NCBI RefSeq assembly: GCF_006345805.1
Contig: NW_021834904.1
Coordinates: forward strand, 1 to 43,987
Direction: 5' to 3'
Source: Octopus sinensis
Lineage: Eukaryota
Length of the DNA: 43,987 nucleotides
In this document: piece by piece, positions 24,517 to 38,479 of the stretch
Numbering within the stretch: the first letter of the stretch is position 1
How the letters are laid out: each line of letters begins with the position of its first letter
Notes under the pieces: model-generated
The model's database searches: none
Told to the model about the DNA's origin: nothing
Seen by the model: the letters and a program-made list of their open reading frames with translations, nothing else
Position numbers and translations under genes: made by a program

Positions 24517-25038
24517 TGTAGAGAACTTGTATCAGTGACTAAAAATCTATGAACAAAACGATTAAAACAATAGCTACTGTTGCAACTATTGATGACGAAC
24601 GCTGATGATATTTATACTGCCGACAACGATGGTGACAATGATGATAATGACCATGACGACGATGATAAAGATTATGATGATGATGACGACGACGATGATG
24701 GTGGTGATGATGATGATGATGATGGATTCGCATGACAACAAAGATGTCCATGAAGGTGAAACTGAGAAAGCGGTAGTGTTGGAGGAAGGGGTGCCGGAGG
24801 AGTAAGATAAGGAGAACACAACTGATGGCAGCATTGTTGATGTTAAACAGAAACGATAATGGTTACGTTACGTTTTTTTGCGTCGCCATTTTCACGTAGA
24901 TGAAAATGGAAGTAGAAACGATTCCATACAGCACAGACACGCAAAAATGAGGCCACACACTCACACACACAGATGGAAAGGTGGGGCAAATAATAAATGC
25001 ATAAATATTTGTATGTGTTTGCGTGTGTGTCTACGTGA

Positions 25039-25094
<56 letters not shown>

Positions 25095-25159
25095 GTGTAT
25101 ATATATGATATATATGTATAATATAATCTATGTACATATATGTATACATACATACATGC

Positions 25160-25191
<32 letters not shown>

Positions 25192-25204
25192 CTATATATT
25201 ATAT

Positions 25205-25455
25205 AAAGGCTTAGTAAAATAAATTACTTTGCCGCATACTGAACTCATTAGAAATAGTAGCTAAAAAAACTTTTTTAAAACTATTTCTAATACTTAAAGA
25301 AAACCTCTCTCATATAGTGTTTGCTCAATTCAACTCACGAAAGTATGGGGGTAAAGACATTAAAATCAAATGCAAAGGTTATTTGAGAACGTACGTTTCA
25401 AGATTAGTCAACTCGACATTTCTATCATCAGCTCAGAACTCCTTGGTTTGGATTA
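25205..25455 (-). mobile_element. Probable PLE-like 3' end abutting (TA)n
   Basis: Unique segment between microsatellites, carrying a hammerhead motif 180 nt upstream of (TA)n and an inverted ATTAGAAATAGT/ACTATTTCTAAT pair. Confidence 0.5.
25384..25435 (-). ncRNA. Type I hammerhead ribozyme candidate with intact core
   Basis: Minus strand: tgag-CTGATGA-t-AGA-aat-GTCGA-g-TTGAC-taa-TCT-t-GAAA-CGTACG-T-T-ctca; stem I 4 bp, palindromic stem III, GUU triplet; U-U mismatch at the base of stem II. Confidence 0.68.
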
Positions 25456-25504
25456 TATGTATATACATATACATACATACTTAGATTGATTGAAAGGTTG
25501 ACAA

Positions 25505-25661
25505 TATAGATAGATATAAAGGCAAGCAGATAATCAGGCAGATAGAAAGACAGACAGACAGACAGATGGATGGATGGATGGATGGATGGATGGATAGATA
25601 GATAGATAGATAGACAGATAGACAGATAGATAGATAGACAGATATATAGATAGACATACAT

Positions 25662-25702
<41 letters not shown>

Positions 25703-25715
25703 TAGATAGATAGGT
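25505..25715. repeat. (GATA)n/(GACA)n/(GGAT)n microsatellite
   Basis: Directly visible. Confidence 0.92.
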
Positions 25716-26104
25716 AAAAAGTAGATGAAGATAAAGACGGAAAGCGGGAGAAAATGGATGCTAAAATCAGAAAGAAAATACATGCAGTTGAAGAAATAGT
25801 TCCTTACTGACGTCATCTTTGAGGCGAGGTGTTGGGTCAGGCAGACGACAAGATGGTTGGCTGGTTGGCTGGCTGGTTGCGTGGCTATTTGGAAGAAGGG
25901 TGGTGGGCAGGCATGCAGTCAGGCAGGCAAGCAGACAGTTGGGTAGGTAGGTTGGTAGGTAAGTAGGTAAGTAAATAGGCAAGAAGGTATGTATGAAGAT
26001 AGGATTTGGGTAGGTAGGGAGGTCGGTACATCGGAAGGTAGGTGGAACGTAGATGCGTGTATGTGTGGTAAAGGGGTTAGCATTAGGGCAAGAAGCAGGT
26101 CCAA

Positions 26105-26163
26105 GGGTTGGTCGGGTTTAGCGTTAGGGTTCGAGTTAGGTTTAGGGTTAGGGATGGGGTTGG
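26105..26163 (+). repeat. Short degenerate interstitial (TTAGGG)n-like tract
   Basis: GGGTTTAGCGTTAGGGTTCGAGTTAGGTTTAGGGTTAGGGATGGGGTTGG; hexamer period with three exact TTAGGG units. Confidence 0.6.
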
Positions 26164-26508
26164 TCTATACGGACAAGAAGCTGCTGTTGGCGCACCAGGT
26201 CCGTATCTTACACCCTTCTTACACCATCAACCGCGCGAAGCTTGTGTGCAGGTTTGCCTGTGAATGAACGTGTGAGTATGGTACGTATGTATGTGCTCAT
26301 ATCTTTGAGAATAGCTGGAAAGGGTGGTGTGTATATGTGTAAACGCACAAACACACACACTCACACACTCGCGCACACATACATACATATGCATATATAT
26401 ATATATATACACCATTTATATTATTATTTGATTGAACGCCACGCATCCATTTCCAAGTATATATATTTATGTATGTATGTATAAATGTAAATATGTGTGT
26501 GTATATAG

Positions 26509-26548
<40 letters not shown>

Positions 26549-27311
26549 ACACACACACACATATATATATACCCATATATGCATGTATATATACATATAG
26601 ATGTAGATATGTACATATATGTATGTATATATGTATATGTTTTATTTATTATTTTGTTATTATATATATATACATACACACATGTACTTACATATATATT
26701 CGTATATATGAAAATACACATATATGTACATATATGTTTGTATATATATATATATATAGTGTATATACGTATATAATGAAAATATTTTTATGTATATATA
26801 CATATATGTATGTAGATATGTGTATGTGTATGTGTGTGTGTGTATATATATTGACACACGCAGGAACTTGTTTATCTCATTGCGATCAATAGAGTGAAGC
26901 CTTTTTGATAACAATAACCGGACGATAACATCAAACGATTGCTGGCATTAAGCAAATTTTTAAATCAAAACTAGTGAGCTAGGACCTCACTAGTTTTGAT
27001 AACAATAACTTTTTGAGCGCATTATTCATGATTATATTATGCAGCTTTCTCCTCATCTATTCTCTGCTTATACATGTGTGTGTGTGTGCGTGTGAGTGTG
27101 TGTGGATAAAGAGAGAAAGAGAGAAGAAGCAGAGAGAGGTCTGGAGAGTAAGGATCAGAGAGAGAGAGGAGAGAGAGAGATTTGTCTAACATCTCTCTCT
27201 CTCTGTAAGTCTCTCTACTGCTACAGAATTACCATGAAATCCCTCACACATTGTATCGCACTCAAATTCTCGGCCCAACTTTTGTCCATTCCTGAGACCA
27301 TCTTCTCCAAC

Positions 27312-29508
27312 CGCACGACCACGACCACCACCACTACCACTACCACTACAACCACCACTGGCACCACCACCGCCACCGCCACCAAAAACTACTACCACTA
27401 CTATCATCACAGACCAGCAGCAGCAGCAGCACCACCACCACCACCACCTCTATCACATCCAATACCTGCACCATTATACCATAATGCAAGTTCCACGACC
27501 ACCATGACCACCACTACCACCAACACTTCTACTCACACCATTATCATTACCACAACCAGCCTGACCACCATCGCCACCACTACCATTATCACTAGCACCG
27601 TTTCACCATTACTGAAGACAACGATGACCACCACGACGATCTCGACAACAATCATGACAACCAGCAACCGCCCACCATCGCAGCTACCACTACGACCACC
27701 GCCAACACCACCACCACTACCACTACCACCACCACCACCACCACTACCACCACCACCGAAATCTCTACCACCACTACCATCATTCTCAGACACCACCGCC
27801 ATCACCAATAACAACAACACCAACATGATCACCACAAGAACCACTACCGTCGCAACCATCACTCACAATTACCACCACCACCACCACCACCACCACCACC
27901 ACTACCACCACCACTACCACCACCACCACCACCACAATCACTACCATCACTAACCGCTTTATGGTCACCATCCCCACTATCGTCGCCCTCATACACTCAA
28001 TTCCACATTTTCCTCCCCTTGCCTGTCCCCTCCCCACCATCGATATATATTTCTCCTTGTACACATGCCTCCTCTTCTCCTCTCCCCACCTCTTCTCTCC
28101 CCTACATCTATCGCCATGACCCCTTCTCCGACTACTCCTCCTTTTCCTCATAAAAACCAGTCAACTCGTCAGACCCTCATATGTTCAACCATTCGATTCC
28201 TTTAACAACATAACCCAGACTCCCCTACCCATAACCCCTCACCATACCACACCACACCACTGTAGACCACCACCATCACCACCACCACTACCACCACCAC
28301 CACATCCACAATCCTCCAAACACTTGGCTAACCCTTACATCGCCACCACCGACGCTGTCATGACCACCATCGATACCATTATCCAATCCAACACCAACAC
28401 CACCACCACCACCTCCACTACCGCCGCCGATGCCACCACCACCATCACCACCACCTCCACCACCATCATAACCATCACCACCGCCATTACCACCACCACC
28501 ACCACCATGACTACCAACAATAATACCATCACCACCACCACCACCATTACCACCACTACCACCACTACCACCACCACCACCACCACTACTAACAACAACA
28601 TTAACATTGCGAATAACATTATCTCCACCACAGCCATCACTACCACCACTATCACCACCACCACAACCCCCACTACAACCACCTCCACCATAACCACAAC
28701 CGCCACCACCAGCAACAACAGCAGCAGCACCACCGCTTCCATCACCACTAACATCAGCATCACCTCCAACACGAAACTCATCACCATTACCATCGCAACT
28801 ATACCTCTACCCTAGCTTTACATCACAGCCACCACTAGCACTACCACCCATGCTGCCAGAAACACTACCACTACTACCACCAGACCTACCTCCGTCACAA
28901 CCAACACCACCAAGCAAAATATCAACCACCATCGTCTCTGCCATCACTGAAACCACCACCACTACCACCACAACGACGACGACCACCATCACTACCACAA
29001 CTACCACCAACACCACCACCACCACCATCACTACCACCACAACTAACACCACTATCACCACCAGCAATACCACTGCCTGCACCGCCACCTTTACCACCTG
29101 CATATCCACAACCACCGCCATCAACATCAACACCAACGCCATCAACAACACATTATCATAAGTCATCATCATCAGCACCACCACAATCACCATCATCATC
29201 ATCGCCATCATCGTTATCAGCATCACCACCACCACCATCATAATCATCATCGCCATCACCCCCACCATCATCATTATCATGGCCGTCATCATCACGATCA
29301 CCATCATCATTGTCAGCATCATCGCCTTCATCATCCCCATCATCATAGCTCACCTCCTTTTCATCCTCCTCCCTCTTCTCATCATCACCATCTTCATAAT
29401 CATCGTCGTCATCATCATCATCGTCATCACCATCATCATCATCACCACCACCATCATCATCCTCATCATCATTATCATCATCATCATCATCATCATCATC
29501 TTCATCAC

Positions 29509-29554
<46 letters not shown>

Positions 29555-29650
29555 GTCGTCGTCGTCGTCATCAACCATTGCCGACCACCCCACATCTAAC
29601 AGCGCCATCACCCCGCCACCATCATTACCAACAACAAAACCACCACAGCA
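27312..29650. repeat. Long degenerate (ACC)n/(ATC)n trinucleotide field
   Basis: Directly visible; poly-T/P/H/V ORFs in several frames with no non-repetitive domain. Confidence 0.9.
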
Positions 29651-29764
29651 ACATCATCCATCCCTAATCTTACCCCATCACCGATACAGAGCCCTCCCCC
29701 TCCCCCCATCTCTACACCTACCTAACCGAGCCCTTACGTTATCCCTTTCACCATTAAAATAACG

Positions 29765-30850
29765 CGCTCTCTTTTTCTTCTGCCTCTCATTTTTATACTG
29801 CTACCCTCTCTTTCCTTATTACTCTTCCTTCCTCTCTCCTTCCTCTCCTGCTGATCTGATTACAATGACCTTCTGTCCCACCGTATCTCACTCTCTCTCT
29901 CTCTCTCTCCTCTCTCTCCATATTCAGCTATATCTCTCATCTCTTTTTCAATCTATCCAGCTCCCTAATCTTTCTCTCTCTCTCCCCACATATATATATA
30001 TATTTATATATATAAATATATATACATAGTTATCCATTACCGTCTTTCTTTCTGTCTTTCTGTATTTCTTTCTTTCTTTCTTTCTTTCTATCTTTCTTTC
30101 TTTCTATCTATCTTTCTCTCTCTCTGTCTCTCCCACTCTCTCTTGTTCCTATTCTCTCTTCGTCATTTCTCTCCCTGTCATAATCTCTTCTTTCTACCCG
30201 ACCTCTCTTACTACCTGACTCTACCTACCTCCCCAAGCTCTTTGACCGTTGCTCTCACACTGTCTCTATCTCCTCTATCTGTCTGCCTGTCTGTCAGTCT
30301 ACTTTTTGCTCGTATACCTTTCATATCCTCTGTCTCTCTCTCTCTCTCCTCTATCTCTCTCTCTCTCTCTCTCTCTCCCTCTCTCTTTTAATCACGGCCA
30401 CCAATCTTCTCTATTTCGTCTTCCCTTTCTCTATCTTTACTCCCGACCAACTTTCTCTTCTTTATCTCCCTTCTTTTCTCACTATTAATCTCATTAGCTT
30501 TTTTTTTTATTATCTCCCTCCTCTCTCTCTCTCTCTCTCCCTCAAATCTTAACCCTTTCTCTCGCTTAGTTTTCTTTTTGCTTCTGCTCTTTCCCCTGTC
30601 TCTCCAGACTTCCTCCGCTTCCCCTCTCTCTACCCCTCTATTATTTGTCTACGACTGTCCCTCTGTCTCTCTCTCACTCTTTCTCATTTTCCCTCTTATT
30701 CTATCCCCTCACTCTCTCTATGTTCCTTTCTAATTATACATTCGCCCTGACACTTTCTGTTTCCCTTTTCTCATTGCATTCTCCTTTTTTTTATTACCTC
30801 TTCCAAAAACATCCTCTTCAACAATCTTTCTACCTCACTTTCTCCCATTC
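29765..30850. repeat. Polypyrimidine (CT)n/(CTTT)n low-complexity tract
   Basis: Directly visible. Confidence 0.85.
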
Positions 30851-30867
30851 ATATACTACACCAGCAT

Positions 30868-31062
30868 TATGGTCACTACAACTGCTAGATAAAACAGCCC
30901 AATCTCCCTCAAATCAAAACATCATCACTTAAAAAGTGAAACGCAGTTTACGTTTGACGATGCAGTTTCAGAGCACAAAACTTCACTAAAAGTCGGGATG
31001 GTCATAACTGGAGCATCCTTGTTTATGACCGTTCAAACATGGTTGACCTGGGGATAAATACC
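30868..31062 (+). mobile_element. Old dispersed repeat (SINE-like, family C)
   Basis: Shares CTGCTxGAxA..CAGC, GGGATGGTCA and ATGGTTGACCTGGGGATA with 32710-32910; a related GACCTGGGG end occurs at about 10143. Confidence 0.6.
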
Positions 31063-31180
31063 AGTAACGTAAGATAACATAACACTATCTCTTAATACCA
31101 TACACACCCCTCTCCCACCCACTCCCTTTCACTTTCTTTCTCATTTCTCATATGCCGAACATTCTGTGAACTGTACTTTC

Positions 31181-31229
<49 letters not shown>

Positions 31230-31405
31230 CATACACACACACACACACACATATAATATATGTATATATAGTGTATATATATATATATATATATGGTATA
31301 TATATATGTATATATATGTATACATGCATGTATATATATTATAATAATATATATAAATATATGTATATATATATGTCTTTACATATGCATATATATATGT
31401 ATATA

Positions 31406-31436
<31 letters not shown>

Positions 31437-31623
31437 GCTTCTTTCCACTTATTTATTTTGTATTCACTCTCTCAATCTCTCTCTTCCTGCACTCTTCAAT
31501 CTCTTTCCCTCAATTTCCGTAACAACTCCCCAGTCTTTCTCTTGTCCTTTATTCCCGTACTCTAATAATGTCTTCTCTCTTCTCCCCCCCCTCTCTCTCT
31601 CTCATCTATATATATATATATAT

Positions 31624-31658
<35 letters not shown>

Positions 31659-31786
31659 GAAAGAAAGAGAGAGAAAGGAGAAGAGAGAAGACATGTATAT
31701 ATATATATTCACTTGTATATACATATATATACATGTACATATTGATATATATATGTATGTATTGAATATATGTAATATATATGTTA

Positions 31787-31826
<40 letters not shown>

Positions 31827-32694
31827 CATGCGCCACAAATTACCTCCCTTCTCTCTCTCTCTGTCACTTTCACCTTTGTTCTCGTCACATTTTTTTATAT
31901 GATTCATTCAAATATTTTATCAACTCTGTATCAATCAATCTCACTGAATCTTTCTCTGTCTCTCTGTCTCTCTCTCTCTCTATCTCTCTCTCTCTCTATC
32001 TCTACCTCCCCCTCTCTCTTTCTCTCCCACCGTCTTTACACTTCCTTTCTCCCTTGCTCTCTCTCAATATTCCCTTAACTACATCTCTATCCCTATTCCT
32101 ATATCTGTCTCAACGCTGTCCACTCTCAATTGTCTCCCCACCACCACCACCACCACCACCACCACCATCACCGTTCGCTAATCTCCACATCTCTCTCCCC
32201 ACCGGCCTCCTTTCCTTATTTCTTTGCCTTCTTCCCCCCTTTTCCGTTGCTTCTGTTTTGCCTCTGGTCTTAGTTCCATTCTAGCCCTGTCTCCAGGGCA
32301 TCCATTTACTCTTTCTCTATTTCATTAAGAGTCATCGCTCTCCTACGCCACTTACAGCACCGGTTTTTACCCCCCTACACCAATTCCAGGCTTTGCTGAC
32401 CCTTGTTAAGCGAAGAAAAAAAAAGCAAAACAAAAACAAAAAAAAATCACCCACCCCTCCTCACCCCACCCCAACAAATCCCAATAAATATAAAAGACGA
32501 TAAAAAAATAAATCATAGAATTCTTATTTTCAGTCCAATCAGTCTCTCCATCACTCCCAGATTCCCATTCTCAACCCTTCACCACCATCCAACCACCATC
32601 ATTACTCTCAACCACTACCATTAATATCATCATCATTCTCAGAACCATCGACCTGACAAATCTACCCCCACCGCCTCCTTCACCATCACCGTGG

Positions 32695-32912
32695 CCAGAA
32701 TGAGCCTATACGTGGTCCTTCGGCCTGCTCGAAATAACAGCTAGATTTTTCTCCGTTACGCTATAGTGTCTCCGAACGGTGGAAAGGGACACATTGCATT
32801 GGATTATGGAAGCCTACGCTGGCACTCTAGGAAAGACCAGCTGGGATGGTCACGGGAGGAGTGCCTTTGATCGCAGAAGTGCCCGGCAATGGTTGACCTG
32901 GGGATAGATAAA
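32695..32912 (+). mobile_element. Old dispersed repeat (SINE-like, family C)
   Basis: Collinear with 30868-31062. Confidence 0.6.
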
Positions 32913-32924
32913 TAACGACGTAAC

Positions 32925-33697
32925 ACCACTACCACCTGCCCACCTTACGTCACCTACACCACCACCACCAATAACAACAACAACAATTACACTACAGCTA
33001 CAATATCAGGAGAGCCAACAGCATCGTAACCATCACCACGACGACCACCACTACCACGACGACGACGACCATTACCAACACCACCACCACCACCACTACC
33101 ACCACTACCACCACCACCCACCAAACTGCTGGCCCCCGCCGCCGCTATCACCACTATCACCACCACCACCACCACTACCACTGCCACCACCATCACCACC
33201 ACCATCACCACCACCACTACCGCCGCCACTACCACCACCACCACAACCACCACCACCACCACCACCACCACAACTACCACCACCACCACCACCACCACCA
33301 CCACCATCACCCCCCCACCATCACCCCCACCACCACCAAACTGCTGGCCGCCGCAGCCGCCATCACCACTCTAACCACCACCACCAACAACAATTACACT
33401 GCCATTACCAATATCAGTGATCCACCACCACCACCACACCACCACCACCACCACCACCACACTACTACCGCCACTACCACAACCACCACCATTAAACCTC
33501 AGCTATCATCCGCAACACCACCATCTACAGGAAATGTAGCACCCATCAGCACCCCTACCGAAACACCGTTACCACCTCAATCGCCATCACCATCACCACC
33601 ACCACAATTATGACAACCATAACTATCATAAACAGAAGCTCTACCTCCGCCATCAACATCGACAGCAACAACATCAGCCGTTAGAATCAGTACCACC

Positions 33698-33729
<32 letters not shown>

Positions 33730-33965
33730 AACACAACCACCACCAACAACCACAACAGCAAGTAAAGCGCCACCGTCACAACCATCAGCCCCAGCCTAAG
33801 ACCAACAGAACCAGCACAGTTAGGATAAGCATCACAGATAGGAAAAATATAAATAAATAGAAATACAAAAACAAAAACAAAAAAAAAACAATCAACGCGG
33901 ATCTCCATCACCACCACCACCACCACCACCACCACCACCAGGGCCACCACGGCTATCACCACGAT
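32925..33965. repeat. Degenerate (ACC)n field
   Basis: Directly visible. Confidence 0.9.
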
Positions 33966-35033
33966 TACCGTCGCTGTACGTCTCCATCCTTTGCCATACG
34001 AGACTTTTTGCTTGTTTGTTTTGCTTCGTTTTTGGTTCCACTGTCCACCATTTTGTTTTTGTGTGTCTCTAGGTGTGAAGTTTCCTTATTTTCTCTCTAC
34101 AACGGCGTCTTCACGTGTTCATCTTCATCCTCTCTTCTCACGTTCTCTCTTGCACTCTCACCACTGCCGTCTTTCGTTCTGTGCTCACGTTTACATATAC
34201 GCAGAACCATACCCACCACCACCACCACCACCACCACATACACACGTACACAAATATGTAAAGCAATATATAAATATATATGTATACACACATACACAGA
34301 CACATACACACACACACACACATATATATATATACAGGTAGACACAGACACACATATAAACATGGATATGCATGATTGTATACATATAAAATTTTTATAT
34401 GCATATATATATATATCGTCTATTTAACATAAACCATGAGTATATATATATGTGTGTATATATATATATATATAAACCATGAGTATATATATGTGTGTAT
34501 ATATATATATACATGTATATATAAGTATGTATATATATATGTATGCATAAATATAAATATATATATATATTATATATATTTATACATAGTACACACAATA
34601 TATATATATGTAATATATTATATGTATATATATAATATGTTATATATATATTTGTACACACATATATATATGTATGTATATATGTCTGTATATATGCATA
34701 CATCTATGTATGTATATATGGATGGATGTACGTATGTGTATTCCGTTATCTCCTAGTATCTATTTCCCCTTCTGTCTTCCACATTATCTTTACTCCCATA
34801 TGGCACCTCCCTTCCCTTCCCACGCTATCTTCATTTGTTTCCTCATTCATACCTCATATTGCTTTCCAATATCTAAATTTCACTCTCTCTCTCTCTCTGT
34901 CATTTGTCAATATACATACAATTTCTTAATGTATGTTCCATGTACATGCATATATGTCCTGCGAGTGTCGATATATATATATGATTATATATATATATAT
35001 ATATATATACTATATCCACTCTCTCTCTGTTAT

Positions 35034-35083
<50 letters not shown>

Positions 35084-35599
35084 AGTCTCTGTATATATAT
35101 ATATATACATATATATATATTAATGTATAATCTCTACATATGTTTATATTTATGTATATATATTATATATATGTATTCAAACACATACATATATGCATGC
35201 ATACATACATGCATACATACATGCCTGCATGCATACATATATATACATATGTCTGTCTTTGTGTGTATATGTGTGTGTGTATGTGTGTGTGTATATATGT
35301 GTGTATGTGTGAGTGTGTCCTTTGTTCTTGTACTGCTATTTTCTTCACTTTTTCCTTTCTCGTTTTATACTTTTCTTTTTTAGCGCTGTAACATGAAGAC
35401 AAAAAATAAAGTAAAAATGCAAATAACCAGTATGAAAAATGTAAGAAGAAAAATATTTGGTCAATCTCAAATGTAAAAGCTGTGAAGAAAAAAACGATCG
35501 ATCTTTGAGCAGCTTTCATTGTTTAATACTTCCGTTCTGTCTGTTCGTCGTCCTCTCTCACTCCCCCTCTCTATCATTCCCTATCTCTCTCTCTTTCCC

Positions 35600-35631
<32 letters not shown>

Positions 35632-36199
35632 CACACATTGATGTGTGTATGTATCCACCACTTTCTCTCACTCACTCACTCTTTAACTCTTTCTTGCAAT
35701 AAAACACAAATCTGCATACCTATCTGTATGTGTATGCGCATGTGCAGTGCTATAGAATGCCATGGTTTCTTGACATAGATGCATAGTTAGTCGCTGGTTA
35801 AATGCAGTGTAAATATGACAGTTCTGCAATGGTTTGTGCTATAATGTTGACAGATTTCATCTCTTACAGGAAGGAGTTTAGCTTTCAATTATCGCCAACC
35901 GTTTTAAAGGGAGCTAACCTTTCACCTTAGGGTGTTCGGTTGAAAGATTGCTTGCAATTTACGCTACTACAATTAGTCCACCGTTGGCTAAAGTTTCACT
36001 AACAGCAACTGAAACTGACTGGGAGCTTTATTTTCCCCTTGCAGCAAGGGAGATTATTAGCTTCTTTTTTCTTCGCCAGACCATTAATTCTTCACTAATC
36101 CGTAATTCTATTAAACTATTGCTTAGTTTTAATGAAGACATAAATTTTTATACCGATAATTATTTGCCTCAGCAATAGTAAGGTTTCATGTCTTTCGAC

Positions 36200-36356
36200 G
36201 GTGGCTGCGTGGTAAGAGGCTTGATTCCCAACTCCACAGTACAGGGTTCAGTCACACTGCTTGCAACTTTGGGCATATGTCTTCTATTATAACACTGGGC
36301 CGATTAAAGTCTTCTGAGTCTAATATGTAGACGCAAACCGAAAGCAGGCCGTTATA
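36200..36356 (+). mobile_element. Diverged SINE family B head
   Basis: GTGGCTGCGTGGTAAG..GGGTTCAGTCACACTGC..CTTTGGGCATATGTCTTCTATTATA. Confidence 0.75.
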
Positions 36357-36420
36357 CATGTGCACACACGCACACGCGCGCATACACACACATACACGCA
36401 TATGTGTGGGCGTGTGTATA

Positions 36421-36665
36421 CAGGGTCGACTAAAAGTCACACGACAGTGTATCAAATTTCCATAAATATTTGATTTTGAATTTTATTCATTGATTCCAAT
36501 TATGAATGTTTAATAATTGAATGATGCGAGCTGAAATCACCGTTTTTTTTCCCTTTTCAAACAATTGTCTATTTATTAGCCGAGTCTCATATAAAATAAT
36601 TTTTCTTTTTGTCTTGGAATTAAATGGGTTTTGATTTACTGTCAGGTGACTTTTGGCCGAACTTG
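36421..36665. mobile_element. Tc1/mariner-type MITE (~245 bp)
   Basis: 28-bp imperfect TIRs: CAGGGTCGACTAAAAGTCACACGACAGT versus reverse complement CAAGTTCGGCCAAAAGTCACCTGACAGT; TA at the left flank. Confidence 0.72.
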
Positions 36666-36676
36666 ATATATATTTA

Positions 36677-36720
<44 letters not shown>

Positions 36721-36813
36721 GTGTACACATGTTTGTGTGTGTGTGTGCTAGATTTAATTCCTCATTGCAATCAATATGGCTCGTGCCTTATGAAGTATAC
36801 GTATATATATATA

Positions 36814-37704
36814 TAGGGTATGATGGGTAAATTATCCCCATTTTATGTTTTTAATTTCACGCATGCGCATTGTTTGCTTTTGGTTTTGTCTACTACACAA
36901 TATAGCAGGGTCACTTGCGCACGGTCTGTAAGAAAAAGCAGCACCAAGACGCAATTCACTCTGCCAGAAATTTGGAAACGACATGCTGTACGGCTTCGCA
37001 TTCGTACCGGAACATCTAATACGAACATTTCAGAGTGTTTGGGTGTCAAACTGAGGACAGTGCGATCTGAGGACATGAACCGAGAGTGATAAAAATCAAA
37101 TATCCAGTCAACATCATTGTGTCTGAAGTGATCATTGGTGATGGGGACGTTATTCCTCCGTTCATCGTCTCACATCGCCCCACACTCAACCCGGAGGCCT
37201 ACATCAAGTGCCTGGAGGAGGTTATGATATCCTGGGATAAGAGGGTAGCTGCTGGAAGATCTTATGACTGGCAACAGGACTCTGCACCATGCCACACAAG
37301 CAGGAGAACCCACTCATGGCTGTCAGATAATTTCTGCAACCACATCACCCCTAAAATCTGCCCACCTAACTCCTCAGACTGCAACCCCCTTGATTATTAT
37401 GCATAGGGCACAGTTGATCGAGAGACCCAAAAAATTCCTCGTAACAAAATAGATGAAATGAAGGCAAGGATAATGGTAGCATTCACCAACTTAAACAAGG
37501 AGACTGTCCAGAAGAGTTGCAAAAGTTTCCGAAGTCGTCTGGAGGCTGTGGTTGAAGCCAATGGTGATTTTATTGAATAAATTTTCTCTTTTGTATTTTA
37601 AGGTATTTTTATGTAATTTTAGTAAATATGTCTGTTAAAATGTGATGCCAGTGTTATTTACACTTTTGCTTTAACTTAAACGACAGTATATCCACCGCAC
37701 CCTG
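36814..37704 (+). mobile_element. Internally deleted maT-like (DD37D) Tc1/mariner transposon
   Basis: Degenerate TIRs (TAGGGTATGATGG.. / ..CCACCGCACCCTG); transposase remnant inside. Confidence 0.82.
36945..37580 (+). pseudogene. DD37D-type transposase pseudogene
   Basis: HTH-like N-terminus (ISECLGVKLRTV), large deletion, then WQQDSAPCHTS..PPNSSDCNPLDYY with 37 residues between the two Asp; in-frame stop; ends VVEANGDFIE*. Confidence 0.88.
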
Positions 37705-38479
37705 CAATATATATATACAGATATATATATATATATACTATAATATATATATATATATATATATCTAATATTATATATATCTATATATATATATATATAT
37801 ATTATAATATATATAATAATTAAATTTAATTTCAACTCTAGCATAATTTTTTTTTAGTATGGAAATGATTAATTACCAAAAAGACACTTATAAAGTCCTT
37901 ATGATTAATTTTTTTGTGGATAATTGGTTAATTCAGCTTTTATTTAATTTCTACTGTAATAACACTACGACGATAATGATTTTTAGAAAGTTCCTACGTA
38001 ATTTTTAATTATTAATCTTTGATTTTTAGCAATGATTATTATGAATAATTAATGCAATGTAATTTATACTATCATATGCTATTTGACTTAAGATAATATA
38101 GTATTTCAAATATATTATTTTGCTATTGACCCCTAGATAACTAGCATATTGTTATTATAATAACATATATCTTTTAATAATACGAAAGAATGAAAGTGTT
38201 ATTTCTTATTCCGCCATGATTTAAAAAAAAATATTTCTTTTAAATATTTTTTAAAAATATTGTTCCTGGTATTTTTTTAAAAAACCTAATGCCTTAAGAT
38301 ATGTTTAGATTAAAATACTTAATAGCATACAAATATATTTTATGACCGTTATATTAGTTTATTTTTCCTATTTTATTTTTCCTTTTTTATCTTCGTTTTT
38401 GTTTTTAATTATTGACGCTCCCGCTAGAGAACATAAATATATTTAAATTCAGTCTTTCCTTGGATCTGTGTATCAAAAA

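Noticed and set aside
24875-24947. Nested short inverted repeats (CCATTTTCA/TGAAAATGG; TTTTTGCGT/ACGCAAAAA)
   Set aside because: 9-bp stems in AT-rich DNA could occur by chance; no known RNA motif recognised.
26105-26163. True telomere or chromosome fusion site
   Set aside because: Under 60 bp, degenerate and in a single orientation; more likely part of a small dispersed repeat.
27096-29611. Mucin-like Thr/Pro-rich ORFs
   Set aside because: Degenerate (ACC)n reads as T/P/H in all frames, the frame switches arbitrarily, and there is no signal peptide or flanking domain.
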